The notes: generated by a model from the letters alone, not told the origin. A stretch of 64,000 nucleotides of DNA from Desulfobacterales bacterium (GCA_046483495.1 JAWODC010000070.1:32001-96000); one strand, 5' to 3'; shown: positions 1-10,129, counted from the stretch's first letter. Numbers and translations are program-made.

Positions 1-1426
1 CGAAGTTGAAACCTCCTTTTACCGGGTTCGTATTTCCGAAAAGGGGGCCGGCTTTTCAAGTTTTGTGCTGAAACAATTCCGGGAGCAAGCGGCTCCGGAT
101 TCCGATCCGCTGGAAATGATCGATCCGGAATTGCCTTTTGGAACGATTCTGATCGGGCTCGATGGAGCCAATATGCCGGACTTGCAAACGGCCGAGTTCG
201 TTTCGAACGCACCTGGGAATGATATAGATGTTTTCGATAAACCTGAACAAATATCATTTATGCATAAGACACAGGAGGGTCTGACCGTGGTGAAGACATA
301 TACGTTTTCACCGGAGTCTTATCTGATCGATATGGCTGTAACCGTGATTAATCAGACCAGCCGGACCTACCAGAACAGCCTGGTTGCGACACAGGCCGAC
401 ATCGTAACGGATGACGGTTTCGGTTACGGTTTTTCAGGACCCAGTGCCCTTATCGACGACTCGCTCGAGCAGATAAAAATCAAGGATATCGAAGATGAAG
501 GCCGGCGTTCAGGAGTGATTAAATGGATTGGTTTTCAGGATCGATATTTTATTTCCAGCATTATGCCGGATATACCTCAAGAAGCCGTATTTCGCCTCGA
601 TGTCAATAAAGGAAATGTGGTAACCGCACAGTTGGTGGAGCCGGTTGAAGCACTTGCTCCAGGCACCCAAAACACGCATTCTTTCCAACTGTATATAGGG
701 CCGAAGAGCACCGGAATTTTAAGTGATATTGGGCGTGACCTGGACAAAGCGGTTGATTTCGGCATATTCGATATTATCGCAAAGGCGTGCCTTTGGCTGA
801 TGAATCGAATATACAGCCTTGTTCCAAATTACGGAGTCGCTATTATCCTCCTGACGATTTTAATAAAGGCGGTCTTGTGGCCCTTGGGGTCGAAAAGCTA
901 TAAAAGCATGAGCGAAATGAAAAAAATTCAGCCTTTGATGACTGAGATTCGTGAAAAGTATAAAAACGACAAACGAAAAATGAACGAAGAAATGATGGGC
1001 CTGTATCGGACATATAAGGTAAACCCGATGAGCGGCTGCCTGCCCATGCTGGTTCAGATACCGGTTTTTATCGCCTTGTATCGCATGTTGTATGAAGCGA
1101 TCGAGCTTCGGCACGCGCCGTTTGTCGGCTGGATCACCGATTTGTCCTCCCCCGACCGGCTGTTTCGATTCGATGTTTCGATCCCGTTTATGCAGGAACC
1201 CTATGGTATACCCGTGCTGACGCTTATTATGGGGGGGACGATGTTTTTGCAGCAGAAAATGTCCCCGCCTATAGGTGATCCCACGCAAGCCAAAGTAATG
1301 ATGTTGATGCCGATTATTTTCACTGTGATTTTTATCAATTTTCCGGCAGGACTCGTTCTGTACTGGCTTGTCAATAATATTATTTCAATAGGGCAACAAT
1401 ATTATATCCAAGAGAAATATGCATAG
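1..1426 (+). CDS. yidC: Membrane protein insertase YidC (5'-truncated by window edge)
   Basis: Frame is open from base 2 (EVETSFYRVRISEKGAG...). Motifs NYGVAIILLTILIK, KVNPMSGCLPMLVQIPVFIALY, WITDLSSPD and PAGLVLYW are present; typical position before jag-mnmE. Confidence 0.97.
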   Translation, partial: EVETSFYRVRISEKGAGFSSFVLKQFREQAAPDSDPLEMIDPELPFGTILIGLDGANMPDLQTAEFVSNAPGNDIDVFDKPEQISFMHKTQEGLTVVKTYTFSPESYLIDMAVTVINQTSRTYQNSLVATQADIVTDDGFGYGFSGPSALIDDSLEQIKIKDIEDEGRRSGVIKWIGFQDRYFISSIMPDIPQEAVFRLDVNKGNVVTAQLVEPVEALAPGTQNTHSFQLYIGPKSTGILSDIGRDLDKAVDFGIFDIIAKACLWLMNRIYSLVPNYGVAIILLTILIKAVLWPLGSKSYKSMSEMKKIQPLMTEIREKYKNDKRKMNEEMMGLYRTYKVNPMSGCLPMLVQIPVFIALYRMLYEAIELRHAPFVGWITDLSSPDRLFRFDVSIPFMQEPYGIPVLTLIMGGTMFLQQKMSPPIGDPTQAKVMMLMPIIFTVIFINFPAGLVLYWLVNNIISIGQQYYIQEKYA

Positions 1427-1441
1427 GAACCGGGAGGTTGA

Positions 1442-2182
1442 ATGTCGTCATTTAGGGAATTCGAGGGTAAAAATGTTGAATCAGCTGTTAAAGTTGCATG
1501 CGAACAACTCGGAATGGAAAAGAAAAACCTAAAGATCGAAATTATCTCTCATGGATCCACCGGAATATTCGGGCTGGTTGGGGCAAGAAAGGCAAGGGTC
1601 CGCGTTTGCCCGGCGCAACCAACCACCCGGCAGGAAGAGGATACGGTCGACTCTGTCGAAACGCAAGAGGCCCAAACCGAAAAAGAAGGCGATTCAGGAT
1701 CGAGGCTTCTTGCTGAGAAAGGCAAAGCGATCATTTATAAATTAATAAGGCCGATATCACCTGAATCCTCTGTTTCTGCAGAAATCAACAAGACGTTCAT
1801 ATGCTTTAAAATCACCGGCGGAGATCCGGCCATGTTGATCGGAAAAAGAGGGCAGACACTCGATGCCATTCAATACCTGGCGGAAAAGATTATCAGCAAA
1901 CATATGGATGAACGAGTTCGTGTGCAAATCGATGTTGAAGGATATTTGGAGCAGCGGAAAGCTGATTTGCAGGAGCTGGCCGGCCGCATTTCAGAAAAGG
2001 TAAAGCGAACCGGAAAACCGGCTACCGTAGGGCATATGACGGCACACGATCGCCGCATTATTCACCTGACATTAAAAAACGACAAATACGTTCGAACACA
2101 AAGCCTGGGAGACGGGTTTTTAAGAAAAATCGTCATTTTTCCAAAGCGCCGGATGAACAAAGAAAAGAAAACGGAAACCTGA
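1442..2182 (+). CDS. jag: Jag/KhpB (EloR) RNA-binding protein, Jag_N-KH-R3H
   Basis: EFEGKNVESAV Jag_N start, KH motif LIGKRGQTLDAIQYL and R3H motif DRRIIH; lies between yidC and mnmE. Confidence 0.93.
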   Translation: MSSFREFEGKNVESAVKVACEQLGMEKKNLKIEIISHGSTGIFGLVGARKARVRVCPAQPTTRQEEDTVDSVETQEAQTEKEGDSGSRLLAEKGKAIIYKLIRPISPESSVSAEINKTFICFKITGGDPAMLIGKRGQTLDAIQYLAEKIISKHMDERVRVQIDVEGYLEQRKADLQELAGRISEKVKRTGKPATVGHMTAHDRRIIHLTLKNDKYVRTQSLGDGFLRKIVIFPKRRMNKEKKTET

Positions 2183-2267
2183 TGGCTATTCAAAAACCGA
2201 TGGATGGGTTTAGGTCATTATCTGTCGAATTTCCGGGCTGAATAGACGACAGGCGAAAAAAGATAGA

Positions 2268-3680
2268 ATGAAACAGGATACCATCGCCGCTATTGCAACA
2301 CCTCTTGGTACGGGCGGCATTGGCATTATCAAGATATCGGGAACAGAAGCATTTCGTATTGTTTCCGCCCTCTTTCAGAGATCCGGAGAATCCCGAACGG
2401 AGCACCCCCCCGCTTCGACTTTTGCAGCATATCCGAAATCCCGTCGAATTTTTCACGGTTTTATTCACGATCCATCAAATGGGCACGTGGTGGATGAAGT
2501 TCTTGTAACCATGATGCCCGGCCCCAAATCTTATACCTGTGAAGATGTTGTTGAAATTAACACGCATTCCGGCGCCCTAGCGTTGAAACACGTTTTGGGG
2601 CTGGTGCTGAAGCAGGGGGCAAGGCTTGCTTTACCGGGTGAATTCACGAAGAGAGCCTTTTTAAATGGACGAATTGATTTAACACAGGCCGAAGCGGTTA
2701 TCGATATTATCGAGGCCAAGACGAACTGTGGTCTTCGGTTGGCGGCAATGCAGGCGCGTGGAGCACTTGGAAAAGCCGTCGAAGATGTTTTAGAGCACCT
2801 GTCGAGCGTGATTATCGATATCGAAGCCCACATCGATTTTCCCGAAGATCTCGAGGGGGATATAAATACGGACGAGGCGTGTTATGTGATTGAGCAGGAT
2901 GTTGTTCGACCCCTGAGAACCCTTCTATCTCAGTTTGAAGTCGGGCGCCTTATCAAATATGGTGTTCGCACGCTTATCGTAGGCAAGCCCAACGTGGGAA
3001 AATCCAGCCTGATGAACTGTCTGCTGAAAAAGGACCGGGTCATCGTTTCTCCTGTTCCCGGAACGACCCGGGACTTTATTGAACAGGAAAGCCGATTGGA
3101 AACGCTGCCCGTCATTTTTGTGGATACGGCCGGGTTGCATGAAACCGGGGATTTGATCGAAAATATCGGCATAACGAAAACCTATGAACACATCGAGGAG
3201 GCCGATATCGTCTTGCATGTTTTAGATATGAGCAACCCTCTTTCGAAAGAGGATGTCGCTATACAAGATCGGATACGATCCAAGATTCACATTCTTGTAA
3301 TGAACAAAATGGACCTTGCCGGAGATTCGTCTTTCGATATTCCGGAAGATTGGTGCCATTCGGCTGCAGTACAGACATCGGCATTGTATTGCCGGGGGAT
3401 TGAAGACCTGGAGAAAAGGATATTCGACTGTGCCACCGAAAACAAAGAAATCGATGTCGGCGCCGATGGCGTTGCAATCAATGTGAGGCATAAACAAGCG
3501 ATTGAATATGCACTTCGATGCATTGAAGCCGGCCTGTCGGGATTACGCGAGAATTCTTACCCGGAGTTGATCGCCATTGATTTACGTGAAGGAATAACGT
3601 ATCTAGAAGACATTATCGGACTCAATATCAAAAACGATGTATTGGAACAGGTATTCGAAAAATTTTGTATCGGGAAATAA
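2268..3680 (+). CDS. mnmE: tRNA modification GTPase MnmE (TrmE)
   Basis: DTIAAIAT start, GEFTKRAFLNGRIDL, G1 GKPNVGKSS, GTTRD, DTAG, NKMD and C-terminal FCIGK. Confidence 0.98.
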   Translation: MKQDTIAAIATPLGTGGIGIIKISGTEAFRIVSALFQRSGESRTEHPPASTFAAYPKSRRIFHGFIHDPSNGHVVDEVLVTMMPGPKSYTCEDVVEINTHSGALALKHVLGLVLKQGARLALPGEFTKRAFLNGRIDLTQAEAVIDIIEAKTNCGLRLAAMQARGALGKAVEDVLEHLSSVIIDIEAHIDFPEDLEGDINTDEACYVIEQDVVRPLRTLLSQFEVGRLIKYGVRTLIVGKPNVGKSSLMNCLLKKDRVIVSPVPGTTRDFIEQESRLETLPVIFVDTAGLHETGDLIENIGITKTYEHIEEADIVLHVLDMSNPLSKEDVAIQDRIRSKIHILVMNKMDLAGDSSFDIPEDWCHSAAVQTSALYCRGIEDLEKRIFDCATENKEIDVGADGVAINVRHKQAIEYALRCIEAGLSGLRENSYPELIAIDLREGITYLEDIIGLNIKNDVLEQVFEKFCIGK

Positions 3681-3682
3681 AA

Positions 3683-3698
3683 TGTTTCACGTGAAACA
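3683..3698. promoter_or_regulatory. parS centromere-like ParB binding site
   Basis: TGTTTCACGTGAAACA is an exact match to the canonical parS consensus, within a perfect 20-bp palindrome (3681-3700) directly after the mnmE stop. Confidence 0.93.
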
Positions 3699-3852
3699 TT
3701 AATGAGAGTCCACCCAGAAACAGGAAAATGCGCTCCCCTTCAAGGCGGCGGGGAATTTCAACCAGGAAACGTTATGTATTTTGAGGTCTTACATTCCCGC
3801 CAACCAAGAAATGGAGTGAATCAGCCATTTCTGGTGTCATTAAGGAGGAAAA

Positions 3853-4566
3853 ATGAATATTGACATAGCGATTGAACCGTTCTTCACACAGTATGAAGCG
3901 TTGTCGAAGGCGGCCGACGCCATTTTTGAAAAGGTAAAACAAGAATTCCCGGAATGTGTAAAATGCCGGATTCAATGTACGGACTGCTGCTATGCGCTTT
4001 TTGATCTTTCTCTTATAGAGGCGATGTATATCAATTATCGGTTTAATGAGGCATTCGAAGAGCAGGTAAAGGCTGATGTTATTGAAAAGGCAAACCGGGC
4101 GGACCGCATCATTCACAAAATCAAGCGTCAAGCCCACAAGGATTTCGAGAACGGCAAAAAAGAAAGCGACATTTTAGCGGAAGTGGCTAAAGAAAAGGTT
4201 CGATGCCCGCTGCTCAATTCCCGGAATCGTTGCGATTTGTATGCGTCTCGTCCCATTACATGCCGTCTGTACGGAATCCCGACCGAAATCGGGGGCTTGG
4301 GACGAACCTGTGGACAATCGGGCTTTCATCCGGGCCGGCCGTATCCGACGGTTCATCTGGATATGATTCATCAGAAGATGTATGAACTTTCAGAGCGGTT
4401 TTGCGCATCCATCAAAACGCGGTACGCCGGGCTTCCGGAACTCTTGGTGCCACTTTCCATGGCACTTTTGACGAATTATAATGAAGAATATCTCGGCATC
4501 CAAACACCCGAAATGGATGAAGATGAAAGGGCCTCGAATTATGGTCAAACGCTCGGCAGAAGATGA
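3853..4566 (+). CDS. YkgJ-family cysteine-cluster (Fe-S/Zn-chelating) protein
   Basis: CxxxCxxCC (CRIQCTDCC), CPLL, CDLYASRPITCRLYG; RBS aaggagg. Confidence 0.85.
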   Translation: MNIDIAIEPFFTQYEALSKAADAIFEKVKQEFPECVKCRIQCTDCCYALFDLSLIEAMYINYRFNEAFEEQVKADVIEKANRADRIIHKIKRQAHKDFENGKKESDILAEVAKEKVRCPLLNSRNRCDLYASRPITCRLYGIPTEIGGLGRTCGQSGFHPGRPYPTVHLDMIHQKMYELSERFCASIKTRYAGLPELLVPLSMALLTNYNEEYLGIQTPEMDEDERASNYGQTLGRR

Positions 4567-4894
4567 ACTACGAAAAAAGACGATTTTTGACAGCATGTCC
4601 CCACGCCGCCAAAAGCACATTTTGAATAAGGGATATGACAAATGGGATCCTTTTATCGAACCTCAAGACCCCATAGACATTCGGCGCGACAAGACAAAGC
4701 GGACATCCCAGGGCCTTATTTCGGCTTTTCTTCAGTCGACGGATTCGGAAAAGTACAACAACGAATACGGCCGAGGAGCATTTGAGATCTGCATGGGAAT
4801 TATCAACGACAGCAACCGCTATAAGGGTATGTATGATTTTGCCTGTTGGTATCAGGAACTGCTCAAAAAAGAGGGGTATGATCGTGGGGAATAG
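4541..4894 (+). CDS. Hypothetical protein (~117 aa)
   Basis: ORF MVKRSAEDELRKK... overlaps the end of the upstream gene and has protein-like composition; no family recognised; start uncertain. Confidence 0.6.
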   Translation: MVKRSAEDELRKKTIFDSMSPRRQKHILNKGYDKWDPFIEPQDPIDIRRDKTKRTSQGLISAFLQSTDSEKYNNEYGRGAFEICMGIINDSNRYKGMYDFACWYQELLKKEGYDRGE

Positions 4895-5046
4895 GTTCTA
4901 ACGGCGACATCGATACGGTCCGCCGCTTACACCAAGGATCAGTCCGGTTTGCCTCGAAGCCCGACGGACAAGGAATATTACTTGCCATGCCTTCGGGCTT
5001 TTTGGCGGCAAAAAATCGATCAGACACATTGAAGCTTCCAAAATGA

Positions 5047-5499
5047 TTATGAAACAACCATCAATACGTCACCGGTACCCACCTGCGCACCCGATTTGAC
5101 TCGAATTTCAGAAACAGTGCCGGCGACGGTGGATTGTATATCATTTTCCATTTTCATCGCCTCAACCACAGCTACGGATTGGCCCACGGAAACCGTGTCT
5201 CCCACATTTACCTTTATCTGTAAAACCAACCCCGGTATGGGCGATACAATGGCGCCCGCACCCGCGGTAACCGCAGTTTTTTTCGGTGCCGGTGCCGCTT
5301 TGGGCGCGGGAGCTGGCGGTGTCGGTGCCGGTTGGGCCGGTTGAGCCTGGGAAATCGTAGGCGCCGGTTCGATTGCATTGTAATTTTCTAACATAACCTC
5401 ATAGGGTTTTCCATTTACGGCCACTCGGGCGATACCCTCGCTGACATCCTCAACCTCCACTTCGAAATCCTGTTCGGCGATTTTAATTTTGTAGATCAT
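5047..5499 (-). CDS. Biotin carboxyl carrier subunit of a Na+-translocating decarboxylase (MmdC/GcdC-like)
   Basis: Biotinylation motif EAMKM, Pro/Ala-rich linker; co-oriented with the decarboxylase beta subunit. Confidence 0.9.
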   Translation of the reverse strand: MIYKIKIAEQDFEVEVEDVSEGIARVAVNGKPYEVMLENYNAIEPAPTISQAQPAQPAPTPPAPAPKAAPAPKKTAVTAGAGAIVSPIPGLVLQIKVNVGDTVSVGQSVAVVEAMKMENDIQSTVAGTVSEIRVKSGAQVGTGDVLMVVS

Positions 5500-5521
5500 T
5501 ATAAAACTCTCCTTTATCAGG

Positions 5522-6451
5522 TTATCGGTTATACACGGACAGGCGATCGTTCATAATACGTGTGCGCCCGCTGGCGGCCCAGGCCGGGGATGCGCCCCGT
5601 TTTCCAACCGGGCCGGCATGGGTTCGCCGTTTCTCAGTAAAATGAAGATGAAGACCAACGGCTATGGCCGCCGCGATTTCCTGCGGCACGGCTCCCTCCA
5701 AATCAGAAGGCTCGGGTGCTGAAACCGGCTCGGGAGCAGGTGGTTCGCCTTTTGCACCTCCGGCCGGGAAAGAGGGTTTTTCCAGCTTGAGAAAAACCCT
5801 TCCTGAAATCAGCATGCCGATCATTAACACTGTAAGCACAAGAAAAATACCGAAAAACCGAATAAACAGGGTCCCTAAAGCATATCCCCAAAAAGAGTCT
5901 CGGGGACCGGCGATCAGGGTGATTTCACCGTTTTCTTCGCCGTCTGCATCGAAGGGCCCGCCGTCTTGTAAGCGAAGCGTCATTTTCTGAAGCTGTTCGC
6001 CTGCAGTGACATTTTCAACTCCGGAGGCCGCCCAGGCCGGTGACGTTGTCGGGTTGTAGACGTAAAGCTGGGTGGAGCTGATGAAAAAGTCCGAGGTCAG
6101 GGAAAGCGTAGCCTCTCCGTTGGGGCCGAGTTGGTCTATTTGGATTACGAACAGGGATGACTTGAAATTTTTGACGTCTACTTCAGGAGTAGCGGCCTCG
6201 AAAAAGTCCATTCCCTCCACATCGACCAGTCTTCCGCCGTTGACGTTGAAGGCAATCTGAATGCTCGTGTTTTTGGCTCGGGGAATCAATTTGGCGATAA
6301 TGGTATCATTTTCCCGCCTGAACGTGGGTGCCGGCTTTTCTGTTTTTTCCTCTCCGAATAAGGCCGCAGAAGCGGGAGCGGCAAAGAGAAGCAGTACAGT
6401 CAGCACCATCGGTAATCCCCATAATATGTTTTTACGCTTTTTCTGTATCAT
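5522..6451 (-). CDS. OadG/delta-type decarboxylase subunit with an N-terminal extracytoplasmic domain
   Basis: Start at MIQKKRK after RBS ggagg. Signal peptide, soluble domain ending LQDGGPFDADGEENGEI, then TM helix, Pro-rich linker, IAAAIAVG and WAASGR typical of OadG/MmdD. Confidence 0.75.
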   Translation of the reverse strand: MIQKKRKNILWGLPMVLTVLLLFAAPASAALFGEEKTEKPAPTFRRENDTIIAKLIPRAKNTSIQIAFNVNGGRLVDVEGMDFFEAATPEVDVKNFKSSLFVIQIDQLGPNGEATLSLTSDFFISSTQLYVYNPTTSPAWAASGVENVTAGEQLQKMTLRLQDGGPFDADGEENGEITLIAGPRDSFWGYALGTLFIRFFGIFLVLTVLMIGMLISGRVFLKLEKPSFPAGGAKGEPPAPEPVSAPEPSDLEGAVPQEIAAAIAVGLHLHFTEKRRTHAGPVGKRGASPAWAASGRTRIMNDRLSVYNR

Positions 6452-6461
6452 GTGCGACCTC

Positions 6462-7610
6462 CTACTGGAACATTGCGATGAACATGCCTGCGGCGGCGGC
6501 GGATCCGATAACACCTGCCAGATTCGGTCCCATGGCATGCATGATAAGCCAATTGTCCGGATCGGCTTTCAGCCCCTCGCTATGAGAAACCCGGGCCGCC
6601 ATGGGCACTGCTGAAACGCCTGCTGATCCAATGAGGGGATTGAGTTTCTCCTTTAAAAACCTGTTCATGATATGCACGGTCAAAATGCCCCCAAAGGTGC
6701 AGACGATAAAGTCTAAAAGGCCGAATGTGAAGATTAACAGGGGTTTCCAGTTTAAAAATACATCCGCATGCATTGTGGCGCCGACGGAAAGCCCCAGGAA
6801 AATGGTGACGATGTTCATCAGTGAATTCTGGGCTGTGTCGGATAGCCGTTTTACTACACCGCATTCGCGCATAAAGTTGCCGAACATGAACATGCCCATC
6901 AGGGGTGCCACCGCAGGGATGAGAAGGATGATAAGGATTGACGCAATCAACGGAAACAGAAGCTTTTCCCGCGGTGTCACATGACGCGTTTGGCGCATTT
7001 TAATTTTTCTCTGTTCCGGCGTTGTCATCAATCGCATGATCGGCGGCTGAATCAACGGAACCATAGCCATGTAAGAGTAGGCGGCCAAAGCATTTGCTCC
7101 CAATAACTGCGGTGCCAGTTTTGCCGTAAGATAAATGGTGGTCGGCCCGTCTGCACCGCCGATAATCGCGACAGAGGCGGCTTCCTTGAGGGTAAATCCA
7201 AAAAACAATACGCCGAGATAGGTGATGAAAACGCCGAGTTGGGCGCCTGCCCCGATAATCAATGTTTTTGGATTGGATATCAGTGGACCGAAATCCGTCA
7301 TGGCTCCGAGACCGAGGAATATGATGCAGGGAATAATCTCCCATTCAACACCATACTTATAAAATGCTCGAATGAGTTCAGGCGTTCCGTGTTCGGTAAA
7401 TCCCATCAGTGGAACCAGGGGAAAATTTACCAGGAAAATACCGAACCCGATGGGAACGAGCAGCAGCGGCTCGAATTTTTTGGCCACGGCCAGGTAAAGA
7501 AAGAAAAAGGCAATTAAGAGCATCAAGACTTCCTTAATCTCCAAATTGGGAATACCCGTTTGGGTAATCAGGATGCTCTGAATCAGCTCCCACACGTAGG
7601 ACCACGACAT
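6462..7610 (-). CDS. Sodium ion-translocating decarboxylase beta subunit (OadB/GcdB/MmdB family)
   Basis: FEPLLLVPIGFG, GAMTDFGPL, IIGGADGPT, AYSYMAMVP, GVSAVPMAARV and HAMGPNLAGVIGSA motifs. Confidence 0.95.
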   Translation of the reverse strand: MSWSYVWELIQSILITQTGIPNLEIKEVLMLLIAFFFLYLAVAKKFEPLLLVPIGFGIFLVNFPLVPLMGFTEHGTPELIRAFYKYGVEWEIIPCIIFLGLGAMTDFGPLISNPKTLIIGAGAQLGVFITYLGVLFFGFTLKEAASVAIIGGADGPTTIYLTAKLAPQLLGANALAAYSYMAMVPLIQPPIMRLMTTPEQRKIKMRQTRHVTPREKLLFPLIASILIILLIPAVAPLMGMFMFGNFMRECGVVKRLSDTAQNSLMNIVTIFLGLSVGATMHADVFLNWKPLLIFTFGLLDFIVCTFGGILTVHIMNRFLKEKLNPLIGSAGVSAVPMAARVSHSEGLKADPDNWLIMHAMGPNLAGVIGSAAAAGMFIAMFQ

Positions 7611-7848
7611 TGTTTTCGTCTCCTTTCTTTATACGATGTCAGTTGCTTTTGGCGCCCTTCAAAACACCGGTAAATCGGCGCCCCGATCCTTCACAATATC
7701 GCTATGGCTGTGGCGGATATGTGTCGATTGAAAATCATTCACTTCGTTTTCGCAACAAAAATGGGACGCAGCGCCCAAATGATGCCCGCCGTACATTCAT
7801 TTTTTGCCTTTAACCATATGTTATTTAATTTCAGTCAATTACAATTTA

Positions 7849-7862
7849 TGAGCGGCCGCTCG
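7849..7862. promoter_or_regulatory. Candidate TetR operator, copy 1 (TGAGCG-gc-CGCTCG)
   Basis: Near-perfect palindrome just downstream of a minus-strand TTGACA(7900-7895)-N17-TATAAA promoter-like sequence; second copy at 8013-8026. Confidence 0.55.
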
Positions 7863-8012
7863 ACAAGTGTATTTATATGGTGAGAAACACACTTTGTCAA
7901 TATTTTTCTTCTTCAGGCCTTGTTCGAAAAATTAGGAAAAGAAAAAAATGACTTCGGCATTCGAATGAATTCACTTGACATGAAATAGCTATATTGTTAA
8001 TCAATAAACAAA

Positions 8013-8026
8013 TGAGCGCTCGCTCA
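8013..8026. promoter_or_regulatory. Candidate TetR operator, copy 2 (TGAGCG-ct-CGCTCA)
   Basis: Perfect 6-2-6 palindrome downstream of plus-strand TTGACA (7975-7980), upstream of the TetR gene. Confidence 0.6.
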
Positions 8027-8176
8027 ATATGATGAACAACCGGACCCCTTACCTGATTGAAGGCGGGGCAAGTCCGGAAGCTTTTGGGGCTCTCATCCGG
8101 TTAATGCGCTGGCCCTACCCGGTTGAACCGGTTATGAAAAGCGCCGACGAAAACCTCTTTTCGACTTTTCAGGGTA

Positions 8177-8890
8177 ATGTCAGACTTACATCGAACCCGG
8201 GATATCCCGACGCAAATCAAGAACCCGGAACTGGTTGAGCGAAGGCGCCGGCAAATTGCCGATGCAGCGGTTCGTCTGTTCGTGTTAAACGGCTATGATA
8301 AGACCACGACCCGACAGATTGCCAGGGCTTCGCGCCTCTCCATCGGATCGTTATATGAATATTTCGCCACGAAGGAAGACGTGCTTTACCTGGTGATGGA
8401 CACCATCTACCAGGAAATCGAAAAGGCCCTTTCTTCCGTGTGCTCGAAAGGCGCCAAAGGAAGGAACGCTCTAAAAGATTTGATCCGGCAATACTTTCTG
8501 GTTTGTCACCGGATGAGCGACTATATGCTTCTTCTTTATCAGGAAACCCATGTCCTTACGAGAGAATGGCGAAAGCGGGTGTTAAAAAACGAACTCGGGA
8601 TAACAGGGATTTTTGAAACCATCGTCAGGGCCGTATTTGAAGCAAAGGGCTATAAAAATCCGAAGTCCCGGCACATTCAATTGACGGCCCACAACATCAG
8701 TGTAATGGCGCATATGTGGACGTTTCGGCGATGGGCGCTGGCACGGGACTGGGATATCGAAGAGTATATCGAGTACCAGACAGGATTTATCATGGCCTAT
8801 ATTGACAAACAGCTCGAAAGCGGCGAATATAAGTCCCATCATCCGGACGAAAACGAGCCGACCGGCGACCAGAGCGGGAGAAGGACATGA
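8177..8890 (+). CDS. TetR/AcrR family transcriptional regulator
   Basis: N-terminal HTH: IADAAVRLF..GYDKTTTRQIARASRLSIGSLYEYFATKEDVL. Confidence 0.92.
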   Translation: MSDLHRTRDIPTQIKNPELVERRRRQIADAAVRLFVLNGYDKTTTRQIARASRLSIGSLYEYFATKEDVLYLVMDTIYQEIEKALSSVCSKGAKGRNALKDLIRQYFLVCHRMSDYMLLLYQETHVLTREWRKRVLKNELGITGIFETIVRAVFEAKGYKNPKSRHIQLTAHNISVMAHMWTFRRWALARDWDIEEYIEYQTGFIMAYIDKQLESGEYKSHHPDENEPTGDQSGRRT

Positions 8891-10062
8891 AAAAGGCGGT
8901 GATCGTAAGTGGGGTTCGAACTCCGATCGGCAGCTTTAACGGGACGTTGAGCACCATAGGGGCTACCGATTTAGGGGCCATGGTGATCAAGGAAGCGGTT
9001 CTTCGTGCGGGTATTGACCAAAAGGATGTCAATGAAGTCATCATGGGCATGGTGCTGCCGTGCGGGTATGGACAGAATCCCGCAAAACAGGCCTCTGTAA
9101 AAGCTCAAATGTCCTGGGAAACGGAATGCCTGACGATAAACAAAGTTTGCGGGTCCTCTCTTAAAGCCGTGATGCTTGCCGCACAGGCTGTGAGCGCGGG
9201 TGATGCGGATGTGGTGGTTGCCGGCGGGATGGAGAATATGAGCTTGGCCCCTTATTACCTTGAAAAAGCGCGTTTCGGATATCGCATGGGTCCGGGCGTT
9301 CTCCAGGATCATATGATTCACGACGGATTGTGGGATATCGTCAATGATTTCCACATGGGCGTGTCCAATGAACTCTGCGCGGAAAAATACGGGGTCAGCC
9401 GCGAAGATCAGGACCGATTCGCAGAACGATCCTACCAGCGGGCGCTCGATGCCGTTTCGTCCGGAAAATTCAGGGATGAAATTCTGCCGGTTCGCATACC
9501 GCAAAAGAAAAAAGAACCTGCTGTTTTCGTTGATGATGAATGCCCTCGGGAAACCTCGTATGAAGTTCTTTCGAAAATGAAACCCGCATTCAAGACCGGT
9601 GGTACAGGAACGGCTGGAAATGCTTCCATCATCAGCGACGGCGCTGCAGCAGTGGTGGTGATGTCCCGTGAAAAAGCCGAAGAGCTGGGGTGCCCGGTAA
9701 TGGCGGAAATCGGTGCTCAGGCATCCTATGGCATCGATATGAAATACGTGCTGGTAGCCCCGATGTGGGCAATTCCGAAGTGCCTTAAAAAACAAGGAAT
9801 TCAGATCAGCGATATTGAACTGTTCGAGATCAACGAGGCGTTTTCGGGATCTTCCCTGGCCATCTTGAGGGAACTGGACATCGATCCGGCCATTGTAAAT
9901 GTGAATGGGGGGGCCGTAGCATTGGGCCATCCCATCGGAGCCAGCGGATGCCGAGTCCTGGTGACCCTGCTCTATGAAATGACCAGGCAAGACAAAAAGG
10001 CCGGGTTGGCTTCATTGTGCCTGGGCGGCGGAGAAGCCGTGGCACTCGTTATCAAACGGTAA
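8887..10062 (+). CDS. Acetyl-CoA C-acetyltransferase (thiolase)
   Basis: RTPIG, NKVCGS (catalytic Cys), NEAF, GHPIGASG and CLGGG. Confidence 0.96.
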   Translation: MKKAVIVSGVRTPIGSFNGTLSTIGATDLGAMVIKEAVLRAGIDQKDVNEVIMGMVLPCGYGQNPAKQASVKAQMSWETECLTINKVCGSSLKAVMLAAQAVSAGDADVVVAGGMENMSLAPYYLEKARFGYRMGPGVLQDHMIHDGLWDIVNDFHMGVSNELCAEKYGVSREDQDRFAERSYQRALDAVSSGKFRDEILPVRIPQKKKEPAVFVDDECPRETSYEVLSKMKPAFKTGGTGTAGNASIISDGAAAVVVMSREKAEELGCPVMAEIGAQASYGIDMKYVLVAPMWAIPKCLKKQGIQISDIELFEINEAFSGSSLAILRELDIDPAIVNVNGGAVALGHPIGASGCRVLVTLLYEMTRQDKKAGLASLCLGGGEAVALVIKR

Positions 10063-10129
10063 AGGCCTGTCTGTCAGCCCGGCTTTCGGCCCACAGGGCT
10101 TGTGAGATGCGAATGAAAAAGGAGATGTG

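Noticed and set aside
8971..9990. Long antisense ORF (339 aa) opposite the thiolase; similarly 33423-34505 opposite the PLP enzyme
   Set aside because: They completely shadow well-conserved genes and have no recognisable motifs; typical antisense ORFs from codon bias.
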